From Alphaproteobacteria bacterium (GTDB lineage: Bacteria > Pseudomonadota > Alphaproteobacteria > MPNO01): DNA of 64,000 bases. Where the stretch lies: positions 2,112,001-2,176,000 of the forward strand of contig CBDFLJ010000001.1 in assembly GCA_965248835.1 (NCBI GenBank), read 5' to 3'. The notes beneath the pieces were generated by a model, which did not search any database, was not told where the DNA came from, and saw only the letters and a program-made list of their open reading frames with translations. The translations under genes and the position numbers were made by a program. Below are positions 19,185 through 27,988 of the stretch, in pieces (the first letter of the stretch is position 1; each line of letters starts with the position of its first letter).

Positions 19185-20552
19185 ATGAGGTCGACGCGTG
19201 CACGCCTTCTTCGACGGCCACCGGCGAACATCGACGCCCGGATCGCCTTTGAACTGGACGTTCCGAAGTTGACCGCGTTTCGGGTCAACACCAGGGAACT
19301 CCCGCATTATCGCTTCGTCGACCTATACCGAGCCACGGAGGAGTACTGCGAGGGTGTACTAGGCGTAACGACGATCGAGTCGGAGCATCGCAACGAATCT
19401 CTGAACAGCATTCTGCACGGCAAGCACCAAGAATGGATGTCTCGACGCATCAATCGATCGAGCAACGTCTCGTGGCTCGTCGGGCCGGGAGAGGAACTGT
19501 TCCTCCCCGTTGATCGATTCTGGCTCTGTACATCGCAAGCCGAAGGTGGGCGCCTCATCCTACGTCTGCGGTACGACCAGCACCGCGAGAAGGCGGTTCT
19601 CGAAATCGCGGCGGAAGACGCCGACCTTGCCGAGCGTTGCCTGAACAAGATCGTCGAGCGAAGCGTGGAAGCGTCGATCTATCGGAACAAGGTGCTGGTG
19701 CTCTCGTTCGAGCCGGGAACGAAAGACGAATACGGGGATGTCGAACAGGGCGACAGACTCCGGATCCTGTTCAGGGGCGACGAGCCCATCGGCGATGATG
19801 ACATCGTGATCGATGAGGATGTCCAGGAAATTCTCCAGCGCAACGTGATCGACCTCCAAAACAAACGCGATATCCTCAAGGCGCATCGCGTTCCGGTCAG
19901 GCGAGGGGTGCTGTTCTACGGGCCGCCCGGCACGGGCAAGACGTTCGCGTGCCGCTACATTTGCGGAAGACTGCCCGATACCACGAGGATCATTGTCACC
20001 GGTACGGCGCTGTCGCAAGTAAACGCAATCTTTAGCCTCGCGAGGATGTTCCAGCCGTCCCTCCTGATTCTGGAGGATGTGGATCTCGTCTTTGCCTCGC
20101 GCGAGATCAACCTCTACAGCTCGGTTCTCGGCGAATTGCTCGACCAGATGGACGGGCTTCGACCGTATGAGGACGTGGGATTCATCCTGACTACGAACGC
20201 CATCGACAGGATGGAAGCGGCAATCCGGGATCGTCCCGGACGGATCAGCCAGTGCATACATTTCGGTGCTCCCACGGCGACGCTGCGCAAGCGGTATCTG
20301 CTCCGCTACCTGAGGGATTACGCGGCGCAGAATCTCGACCTGGATCAGCTTGTTACCGAGTCGAGCGGAGCGACGCAGGCCTTCCTCAAGGAGTGGGTGC
20401 ATCGCTCCGTCCAGATCGCGCTGGAGCGTTTGGGCGACGAGAACCAGGAACTCGAGCTCAGAAACGACGATTTTTCCCGGGCTATGGAAGAGATGAAGAA
20501 GTTCAGCGAAGGATCGACGGGCCGGATAATCGGGTTCCGCGCCCCAAGCTGA
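19185..20552 (+). CDS. AAA+ ATPase (classic clade) with an uncharacterised N-terminal domain; start uncertain
   Basis: Walker A GVLFYGPPGTGKT, Walker B LLILEDVD, SRH TTN...RPGRI. Confidence 0.85.
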   Translation: MRSTRARLLRRPPANIDARIAFELDVPKLTAFRVNTRELPHYRFVDLYRATEEYCEGVLGVTTIESEHRNESLNSILHGKHQEWMSRRINRSSNVSWLVGPGEELFLPVDRFWLCTSQAEGGRLILRLRYDQHREKAVLEIAAEDADLAERCLNKIVERSVEASIYRNKVLVLSFEPGTKDEYGDVEQGDRLRILFRGDEPIGDDDIVIDEDVQEILQRNVIDLQNKRDILKAHRVPVRRGVLFYGPPGTGKTFACRYICGRLPDTTRIIVTGTALSQVNAIFSLARMFQPSLLILEDVDLVFASREINLYSSVLGELLDQMDGLRPYEDVGFILTTNAIDRMEAAIRDRPGRISQCIHFGAPTATLRKRYLLRYLRDYAAQNLDLDQLVTESSGATQAFLKEWVHRSVQIALERLGDENQELELRNDDFSRAMEEMKKFSEGSTGRIIGFRAPS

Positions 20553-20699
20553 TGGCGACTGCCGACAGAGCCGCTGATCCGCGCGCATCCCGGAGCAACG
20601 GCACGGTTGTCTTCAATACAGGGCTCACCGTAATAAGGGGCTCACCGTCTGTTTTGCATGACATGAGGTCGTCCGAGGGTGGTCGACTTCGACAGCCCT

Positions 20700-20970
20700 C
20701 CTCCGCACAGAGAGTTCCGCCTCCGCCTCGCGCCGCCGGATCAGCCCCTCGAGCTTGCGCCCACCGGCCCACACCCGGCGCCGGAACTCCCGCGGCACCG
20801 CGCCGTGCTCCTGGCGGTTGACCTGGCGCCTCAGCGTCGAGCGCTGCAGCGCGCCAGCGCCGAGATTGAAGGTGAACGAGCCCAGTGCATCGAACCGACC
20901 GTCCTCGAGCGGCACCGGGATGAGCCGCAGCACCGCCCCCTCGGCGGTCTCGACGTCGCGGCGCAGACCG
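20700..20970 (-). pseudogene. Phage lysozyme (GH24 endolysin) C-terminal remnant
   Basis: LRRDVETAEGAVLRLIPVPL...FDALGSFTFNLGAGALQRSTLRR...WAGGRKLEGLIRRREAE; catalytic N-terminus absent. Confidence 0.82.
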
Positions 20971-21273
20971 ACCCAATCATTGTTGGTATTTTGATTTCAG
21001 TCGATTTCGCAAGGCAATAAGCGTTCAAAACGGTGCGCAGCAGGCTCCGAGTAACAGATTGATTTACCTGGTGTTTTTGACGTTACCCGAAACGGGTACC
21101 TCGGCCCGAAGTGCACACCCTTTAGAGAATATGGGCGAAGAGAGAAAGAAAACGGCCCAAAACGACGGTCTGGCCGGCGGACGAGGTTCACGGCTACTAG
21201 CGCCAATGCCGCGGTAGTCTTGCGGCTCGGGGCCATGCCGCGCTGCGGCAGAGAATTCACTCTCTCAAGGTAA

Positions 21274-21366
21274 TGGCGGAGGGAGAGGGATTCGAACCCT
21301 CGATAGAGGTATCACCCCTATAACGGTTTAGCAAACCGCCGCCTTCAGCCGCTCGGCCACCCCTCC
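21274..21366 (-). tRNA. tRNA-Ser (anticodon GCT)
   Basis: GGAGGGGTGGCCGAGCGGCTGAAGGCGGCGGTTTGCTAAACCG, long variable arm, GGTTCGAATCC T-loop, encoded CCA; 93 nt. Confidence 0.97.
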
Positions 21367-21395
21367 GGTCCGGTGCGCCTCACGCACCGCCGGCC

Positions 21396-21425
21396 CTTCT
21401 AGACGGCGGGATCGGGTGCTGTCAA
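21396..21425 (-). promoter_or_regulatory. Sigma70 promoter for tRNA-Ser
   Basis: TTGACA (21425-21420) then TAGAAG 18 nt downstream on the minus strand, about 30 nt before the tRNA. Confidence 0.6.
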
Positions 21426-21582
21426 TCGCCCGGCCAGGCGCGATCCGGTTGGGACAGGCTCCGGCCGGTTGCGCCGAACGATCGCGCGGCGACGGCGCCT
21501 CGCCGGCGACGGAGCGCCGCCGAGGGATCGGTCGCAATGTCGGCGCTCGAATATTCACCGGCCGAATAGCCCGGCCCGCCAA

Positions 21583-21706
21583 GCCGGCGGTCGAGGGCTG
21601 CGCACAGCCGCTCGACCGCCGCGCCGCGCCGCCTTGCTGCGCCTGGATCTTGCCGTAGAACAGCTCCCAGGCCTTGTCGGAATAGCCCGGACCGGCGCGC
21701 CGATGC
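21583..21706. repeat. Direct repeat copy A: displaced 3' end of the GST gene plus hairpin
   Basis: Aligns to 29722-29865 with a few substitutions and a 20-nt deletion that removes the stop codon. Confidence 0.92.
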
Positions 21707-21830
21707 CGGCCTCTCGCGCGAGCACCCGCGTGGCGGAGACCGAGGGCGCCAGCCGCGATATCTTCCTCGCGCCCGGAAGGCCCGCAACCTCGCGCAGCAT
21801 GGTCGTTTTGCCGCTGCGGGTATGCCCCGC
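21701..21830 (-). pseudogene. Remnant of a conjugative relaxase-helicase (TrwC/TraI/TraA-type helicase motifs I and Ia)
   Basis: GHTRSGKTTMLREVAG...LAPSVSATRVLAREAGI resembles GxAGxGKTTML...LAPSASAA..L..EAGI. Confidence 0.62.
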
Positions 21831-22113
21831 ACGCCGACCAGAAGGGTGTGCGAGCACAGCACCGTCTTGCCCGCCTCCTTCTGGCCCCGGCGCATTGCCC
21901 AGCGTCGCCGCCGGCGCCTCACGCGCCTGGATTGTCGGTCGGCACGCGAGTTTGGCCGCGACAGGCGTGCTATCCTGTTGATTGCGTGCGGGTACAGGGG
22001 GACGGTCACATGTGCGCCAAACTTTGCGCCGGTCGAGAGGCCGGAAATTGCCACGCGGACGTTGTGGCGGTGAACGCGGCCGGCGGCGGATAGAGACAAG
22101 CGGAGGTCTGAGG

Positions 22114-23205
22114 ATGGAATTCGGTTATTTCACGCTGAGCGACAACCGCTATCGCGACAACCCCCGGACGGCGGAAGCGTTCATGATGGAGATCCGCGAC
22201 CAGGCGGTCTTCGCCGAGTCGATCGGCATGCACTCGGCCTGGATCGGCGAACATCACTTCAACCGGCGCGGCTGCGTGCCCATGCCCTCGATGGTGCTGG
22301 CTTCGATCGCCGCGGGGACGACGCGGATCAGGCTCGGCCCGGCGGTCGTGGTGCTGCCGATCCACCATCCGGTCCAAGTTGCGGAGGAATGGGCGAGCCT
22401 CGACGTGCTGTCGGGCGGGCGCGTCGACTTCGCGCTCGGTCGCGGCTACGACAGCCACGAATACGCGCCCTTCGGCGCCGACTTCCAAGCCTCGGCGGAG
22501 GTCTTCGCCGAGGGCGTGGAGCTCCTCTACCGCTGCTGGAACGACGAAGGCCCGACGACCTTCGAGGGCAGGCACTACGCGGTACACGATATCGAAGTCT
22601 GCCCGAAGCCGGTGCAGAAGCCGTTCGTTCCCTACATGGGATCGTTCTCGCGCTACAGCATGGAGGTGGCGGCCCGCTACGGCTGGAACCTGATGCTCGC
22701 CCCGTTCGCCGCCTCCCTCGTCTTCGGCGGGCTGAACGAGGCGGTCGCCGCCTACCGCGAGGTCTGCGAAGCAGCCAAGACCGAGCTCGGACGCGTCAAG
22801 TGCAGCTACTTTGTCCACATCGCCGACACGCCGGCGGAGGAAGAGGCCGCCCGTGATCGGCTGGTCGACTACTTCACGATTTCGGGCCTCCGAAACAAAA
22901 AGACCATGGGCGCGAAACTGCCACCGACGATGGAGTACTACCGCCGCATCGGCCAGGCGCTCGCCGATCTAAAGACCGACGACCTCGGGCCCAACTCCAT
23001 CCTGCTCGGCCCGCCGCAGGCGATCGCCGACCGGCTCGGCGAAGTCGAGGCCGCGGGGATCGAGGAGGTGATCCTCTACTTCAACTACGGCCGGAAGCCC
23101 GATTCGATGGTCCGCGAGCAGATGGAGCGCTTTATGGCCGAGGTGGCGCCCGCCTTCGACGGCGGCCGTCGGCGCTTCGCCGCAGCCGAGGCGCGGGTCG
23201 GCTGA
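22114..23205 (+). CDS. LLM class flavin-dependent oxidoreductase
   Basis: MEFGYF, AWIGEHHF, TTRIRLG, HPVQVAEEWASLDVLSGGRVDFALGRG. Confidence 0.93.
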   Translation: MEFGYFTLSDNRYRDNPRTAEAFMMEIRDQAVFAESIGMHSAWIGEHHFNRRGCVPMPSMVLASIAAGTTRIRLGPAVVVLPIHHPVQVAEEWASLDVLSGGRVDFALGRGYDSHEYAPFGADFQASAEVFAEGVELLYRCWNDEGPTTFEGRHYAVHDIEVCPKPVQKPFVPYMGSFSRYSMEVAARYGWNLMLAPFAASLVFGGLNEAVAAYREVCEAAKTELGRVKCSYFVHIADTPAEEEAARDRLVDYFTISGLRNKKTMGAKLPPTMEYYRRIGQALADLKTDDLGPNSILLGPPQAIADRLGEVEAAGIEEVILYFNYGRKPDSMVREQMERFMAEVAPAFDGGRRRFAAAEARVG

Positions 23206-23388
23206 TTCCATCGGGGCCAGCAGGAAAGACGTCCTGCACCGACGGGCCGGATATAGACCTGCAACTTGTCGACCGGAAACGCCAAATCGTCCCTCGCAAA
23301 CCGGGAGGCGTCCAGGAGGCGTCCATATAGCTTGCCCCGAGCCTGCCGAAGGGAGGTATCGAAGCTCCGGTCCCTGACTTCGCCCTTC

Positions 23389-24081
23389 TCACACATGCAT
23401 GTGTGCCGCCAGCGCTTCTTCGGTCATGTCCGCTGCCGCACCGGCGAGCACGACCTCGCCATGGTCCATGACGATCACCCGGTCGGCGATCTTCAGCGCG
23501 AAGGCGAGATTTTGTTCGACGATCAGCAAGGCTCGTCCCGCGGCTTTGGCCCGGTGCAGGAACGCGGCCATGCTCTCGACATTTTCCTGCTGTACGCCTT
23601 CGCTGGGCTCGTCGAGCAACAGCAGTTGCCCGGTTTCGGCGACGCCGCGCACGAAGGAGAGGATTTTTCGTTCGCCGCCGCTCAGCGTCCCCGCCGACTG
23701 GGCCATGCGCGCTTCGAGAATCGGAAAGGCGGCGAGGAGCGGGGCATAGCGGTCTGCGTCGGCGGACGCCATCAGGGTGAGATTTTCCCGGACCGAAAGA
23801 TTGTCGAAAACCGGCCGGTCCTGCGGGCAGTAGATCAGGCCCAGACCGTGCCGTTCGTTGGGCGCAAGGCCGTCGAGAGACCGCCCTCCGAGCCGCACCG
23901 TGCCCGACTGGGGCGGCAGGTGGCCGGTCAGCAGGCGCATCAGGGTCGTCTTGCCGACGCCGTTGCGGCCGAGCACGCAGCAAGCCTCGCCCGCCGCCAC
24001 CGCGCCGTTGACCGACCGGACCACCGTCGTTGCGCCGTAGCCGCCGGTCACGCCGGCGAAGGAAAACAACGCCGCGCTCAT
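23389..24081 (-). CDS. ABC transporter ATP-binding protein (UrtE/LivF-like)
   Basis: GRNGVGKT, LSGGE, LLLDEPSEG, IVEQN. Confidence 0.92.
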   Translation of the reverse strand: MSAALFSFAGVTGGYGATTVVRSVNGAVAAGEACCVLGRNGVGKTTLMRLLTGHLPPQSGTVRLGGRSLDGLAPNERHGLGLIYCPQDRPVFDNLSVRENLTLMASADADRYAPLLAAFPILEARMAQSAGTLSGGERKILSFVRGVAETGQLLLLDEPSEGVQQENVESMAAFLHRAKAAGRALLIVEQNLAFALKIADRVIVMDHGEVVLAGAAADMTEEALAAHMHV

Positions 24082-25808
24082 GCCGAGGCCCCGACATAGA
24101 CGGCGCGGACCCGTTCGTCCGCCTGGATCTGCGCAACCGTTCCCGATGCCAGCAGCCGGCCCTGATGCAGCACGAAAATCCTGTCTGCCAGCTCCCGGAC
24201 GAAGGTCATGTCGTGCTCGACGATCACCGTGCAGGAATTCAGCCTTCCGCTGACCCAACGGATCGCTTCGATCACCTCCTGGGTTTCGGTCTGAGACAGG
24301 CCGGCGGACGGTTCGTCAAGCAGGATGAGCCGCGGCTCGGCGATCAGGACCATGGCGAGTTCCAGGATCTGACGCTGGCCGTGTGAGAGGTCGCCGGCCC
24401 GCCGGTCCTCCTCGGCGAGAAACGGGAAGCGGGCCTGCGCTTCGCGCAGAATCGCGCTGGACCAGCGATGGCTGCGCATGCGGACCAGATCGCGCAACCG
24501 GGCGCGGCCGCCCCACAAGCCGATGTTGAAATTCTCCGCGACCGTAAGATCCGGGAACAGGCTGGGCGCCTGGAACTTGCGGCCGACGCCGATGCGGCTC
24601 AAAAGGTCGGCCGCCGTACCGGTGCGCGGCTTGCCGAATATCCGGATCTGTCCGCTCCGGACCGGCAATTCTCCGGTCATCGCGTTGAAGCAGGAGGTCT
24701 TGCCGGCGCCGTTCGGTCCGATCAGACAATAGGTGCCGGGCTTGTCGATCGAAAGGTCGAGACCGTCGAGAATGCTTACCGATCCCATGCGGACGCTGAC
24801 CTCCGCCAGCGCAAACCCGGTGGTGCCCTGGGCGGATTGCCGGTTCGGGCTCTCGAGGCTGCGCTCGGTGCGGCGCCGCACCATCCGCTCGAACACAGGC
24901 TCGATGAACCCCATCAGCCCTTGCCGAAAATACAGCACCACGACAATGAACAGGACGGCCAGGATGACCTCCCAATAGGTGATCTCGTCCCGCAGATCGG
25001 CGGTCACGATGCCAATCAGCACGGCGCCGACCACCGGACCGTAAAGCGTCGCCCTTCCCCCGACGGCGGCCCAGATCACCAGGTCGGCCGAGAGGATGAA
25101 GCCGCACAGTTCCGGGGTGACGAGATTCTGCTGGGGCGCATAGAGGGCGCCCCCGACGCCGGCCAGCGCGCCGCTGAGTCCGAACACGGCAGCCTTCGCA
25201 TTCTGCACCGCAAAGCCGCAGAAGCGCACCCGTTGCTCGTTCTGGGAAACCGCCCGCCACAGGACGCCGGCCGGCGCGCGCCGAAGCCACGCGACGGCCA
25301 GCAGGCAGACCGCCAGGGCGACCGCCGAGACATAGTAGAGATCGGTGAGTTCGCTTAGCCCCGGCAGGCTCGGGATATTCTTTAGGCCGTTGAAGCCGCC
25401 GGTGACATCGTTCCAGCTGTTCGCGATCTGAAACGCCAGCAGCGTGAGCGCAAGCGTGATCATGGCGAAGAACGGTCCGCTCAGGGTCCGTCCGCGGAAC
25501 ACCAGCAAGCCGATGCCGTAGGCGAGCAGGCCGGGCGCCAGCGCCGCCGCCGGCAGCAGGAGCAACAGCAGCCAGCTATCCTTGAAATGGATCAGCGAAA
25601 GGCCGGAGAGATAGGCCGCAAGCCCGAAGAACATCGCCTGGCCCAGCGGCAGCAAACCGGCCTGGCCCCAGCACAGGCCGATGCCGAGGGCGGCGATGGC
25701 GTACAGGAAATACAGCGCCAGCGTGTAGGCCCAGAATTCGCCGACCAATTGCGGCAGGATCGCGAGGGCCGCGATCAGAGCGGCGCTATGTCCGAGAAAA
25801 GAGGCCAT
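24078..25808 (-). CDS. Fused ABC permease/ATPase (UrtC-UrtD or LivM-LivG-like)
   Basis: N-terminal TM domain (TGGFNG, AVGGRATL) then GPNGAGKT, LSHGQ, LLDEP, IVEHD. Confidence 0.9.
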   Translation of the reverse strand: MASFLGHSAALIAALAILPQLVGEFWAYTLALYFLYAIAALGIGLCWGQAGLLPLGQAMFFGLAAYLSGLSLIHFKDSWLLLLLLPAAALAPGLLAYGIGLLVFRGRTLSGPFFAMITLALTLLAFQIANSWNDVTGGFNGLKNIPSLPGLSELTDLYYVSAVALAVCLLAVAWLRRAPAGVLWRAVSQNEQRVRFCGFAVQNAKAAVFGLSGALAGVGGALYAPQQNLVTPELCGFILSADLVIWAAVGGRATLYGPVVGAVLIGIVTADLRDEITYWEVILAVLFIVVVLYFRQGLMGFIEPVFERMVRRRTERSLESPNRQSAQGTTGFALAEVSVRMGSVSILDGLDLSIDKPGTYCLIGPNGAGKTSCFNAMTGELPVRSGQIRIFGKPRTGTAADLLSRIGVGRKFQAPSLFPDLTVAENFNIGLWGGRARLRDLVRMRSHRWSSAILREAQARFPFLAEEDRRAGDLSHGQRQILELAMVLIAEPRLILLDEPSAGLSQTETQEVIEAIRWVSGRLNSCTVIVEHDMTFVRELADRIFVLHQGRLLASGTVAQIQADERVRAVYVGASA

Positions 25809-26640
25809 TCGGGCGCAGCCAGAGGAACAGGATCGCGATGACAAGAACGGTGGTGTAGCCGTAGGTCCGGTCGAACACCGCGCTGACGATGCTTTCCACG
25901 CCACCGATGACGCCGGACCCCGAGATCAGGCCGACCAGGCTGCCGAGCCCGCCGACGACCAGGACGAAAAAGGATTTCAGGATGAAGTCGAGGCCCAGCA
26001 TCGGCTGAACGGGCAGCAACGGCGCCAGCATCACGCCCGCGAGCGCCGCAAGACAGCATCCGAATACGAAGGTGTTGCGCGCCAGCGCCGTGACCGGGAT
26101 GCCGACCGAACCGGCGAGTTCCGGATTGTTGACGACGGCGCGGATGCGGCGGCCGGTGGCGCTGCGCACGAACCACCAGACCAGGCCCGCAACCAGCGCG
26201 ATCGAGACGACCGTCAGGAGCAGCCGATAGCTGGGATAATCCGCGCCCAGAACGTCGATGCTGCCGGTCAAAGGCACCGTGACGCTGCGGAAGCCCCGGC
26301 CGTACACGGCCTCGACGGCCTCGCGCAGCAGCATGCTCAGCCCCCATGTCGCCAGCAGCGTATCGAACGGCCGGGCATAGAGAGGCCGCACGAGAAGCCG
26401 CTCGACAACCAGTCCCACAAGGCCGCACACCAGCAGCCCCAGCGGCACCGCGGCCAGAAACGGCAGGCCCTGGGCCTGGGTGAAGAATGCACAATAGGCG
26501 CCGATCATGACGAACTCGCCATGGGCGAGATTCATCACGCCGAGAAGCCCGAACACCACGGCGAGGCCGAGAACGACGATCGCCAGGGTCGATACCTCAT
26601 ACACCACATTCAGGATGTTAATGGTGAGGATCGGATCCAT
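25786..26640 (-). CDS. ABC transporter permease (UrtB/LivH-like)
   Basis: GLAVVFGLLGVMNLAHGEF and LRPNGLF motifs. Confidence 0.92.
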   Translation of the reverse strand: MDPILTINILNVVYEVSTLAIVVLGLAVVFGLLGVMNLAHGEFVMIGAYCAFFTQAQGLPFLAAVPLGLLVCGLVGLVVERLLVRPLYARPFDTLLATWGLSMLLREAVEAVYGRGFRSVTVPLTGSIDVLGADYPSYRLLLTVVSIALVAGLVWWFVRSATGRRIRAVVNNPELAGSVGIPVTALARNTFVFGCCLAALAGVMLAPLLPVQPMLGLDFILKSFFVLVVGGLGSLVGLISGSGVIGGVESIVSAVFDRTYGYTTVLVIAILFLWLRPNGLFSRT

Positions 26641-26751
26641 CGCGGTCGTCGTTCCGGGCGCCCTTGCAACCGGGGCGGTCTTCGCTGCGTTCGTCGGGGC
26701 GGCGGCCGGTCGCACCCCGGCCAACGCCCCGACCCTGGATCGGAGGCGGAA

Positions 26752-27936
26752 TCAGCTGCAGGTCTGGCCGTGCGCCACCGCGTTGAAGGTCTGGACGATA
26801 TCGAAGCTCGTTCCCTTGCATTCGGCAAGGTACATGTCCTTGACGACATGTCGGTTGGTCATGACGGCGGTCCCGGTGGCGGTCCGGTAGCTGAGGTTGT
26901 TGGCCGCGGCCATCAACTTGCCCGCGTCCGTTCCGCCGGCCTTCTCGATCAGGGCCTTGGCGCAATAGACGCCGGAGTAGGCGTCGACGCCGAGCATGCT
27001 GAGCGGCGGCGCCTTCGGGCCAAACGCTTTCTTGAAGCTCGACTTGAACTTCGCGTTGGCCGCGCCTTTTTCGTTCACGAAATAGGACATGGCGCTGTAC
27101 AGGCCGTTGCTGCTCTTGTCGCCGATACCTTGCAGGGTCAGCTCTTCCAGCAGATAGGAAATGCGCTTGATCGACTTGTCGAGGCCGAAGCCGGCGAAGG
27201 TCCGGTTGAAGTTCACGTTGTCGCCGCCGACCAGCGTGATGACCACAAGATCGGGCTTCTTCGCCTTGATGCGGGTCACCGCATCCTCGAACTTGTTGGG
27301 CGCGCCCAGCGGCACATACTCCTCGCCGACCACCTTGCCGCCGGCCGCCGCGATGTATTTCTTGGCCTGCTCGTTGGTCTTGCGCGGCCAGACATAGTCG
27401 TTGCCGATGAGATAGTAGGTCTTCGCGCCGAGCGATTTTGCCAAATGGGTGATCGAAGGCTGCACCTGCTGCTGCGGCGTATCGGCCGTCACATAGACGT
27501 TGGGGTTGCATTCCCCACCTTCGTAGAGCGGCGTGTAGACATAGGGCACACGGCCTTTGAGCGCGGCGACGATCGCTTCCCGGACGGCGCTGTTGTGGGA
27601 GCCGATCACCAGATCGACCTTGTCCCGCAACATCAGGCGGATCGCCGCCTTGGCCGCCTCGGCCGGCGGTGCGCCGCCGTCGGCGGGGATGACCGTCACC
27701 TTGCGGCCGCCGATGCCGCCGCCCGCGTTGATCTGATCGACGGCGAGCTTGGTGCAGGCCGTGCCGGTCGGGCCGAACAGCGCCGCTGGACCGCTGAGCG
27801 GAAAGAAGGTGGCCATCTTCAGCTCGTCGGCGGCCCGTGCGCCGGTCAGAACGGCCGGCGCGGCGACCGCCGCGCCCGAACCCAGGGCGCCGACGATGAA
27901 GCGGCGGCGCGACATCTGGCCAATATTCTTCAGCAT
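26752..27936 (-). CDS. Amide/urea-type ABC substrate-binding protein (AmiC/UrtA-like) with Tat signal
   Basis: SRRRF Tat motif, PLSGPAA, YTPLYEGG, GNDYVWPR. Confidence 0.88.
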   Translation of the reverse strand: MLKNIGQMSRRRFIVGALGSGAAVAAPAVLTGARAADELKMATFFPLSGPAALFGPTGTACTKLAVDQINAGGGIGGRKVTVIPADGGAPPAEAAKAAIRLMLRDKVDLVIGSHNSAVREAIVAALKGRVPYVYTPLYEGGECNPNVYVTADTPQQQVQPSITHLAKSLGAKTYYLIGNDYVWPRKTNEQAKKYIAAAGGKVVGEEYVPLGAPNKFEDAVTRIKAKKPDLVVITLVGGDNVNFNRTFAGFGLDKSIKRISYLLEELTLQGIGDKSSNGLYSAMSYFVNEKGAANAKFKSSFKKAFGPKAPPLSMLGVDAYSGVYCAKALIEKAGGTDAGKLMAAANNLSYRTATGTAVMTNRHVVKDMYLAECKGTSFDIVQTFNAVAHGQTCS

Positions 27937-27988
27937 GGGGTTCACTCCCTGTTTGTGGCCCATATCGTCGGCCCTTGCGACCAAGGGG

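Noticed and set aside
13357-21273. Functional prophage or intact integrative element
   Set aside because: Only fragments of portal, lysozyme and recombinase remain; no capsid, terminase or intact integrase
23304-23325. 11-bp tandem repeat GGAGGCGTCCA x2 in the convergent intergenic region
   Set aside because: Only two copies, no spacer structure; probably a local duplication, not CRISPR
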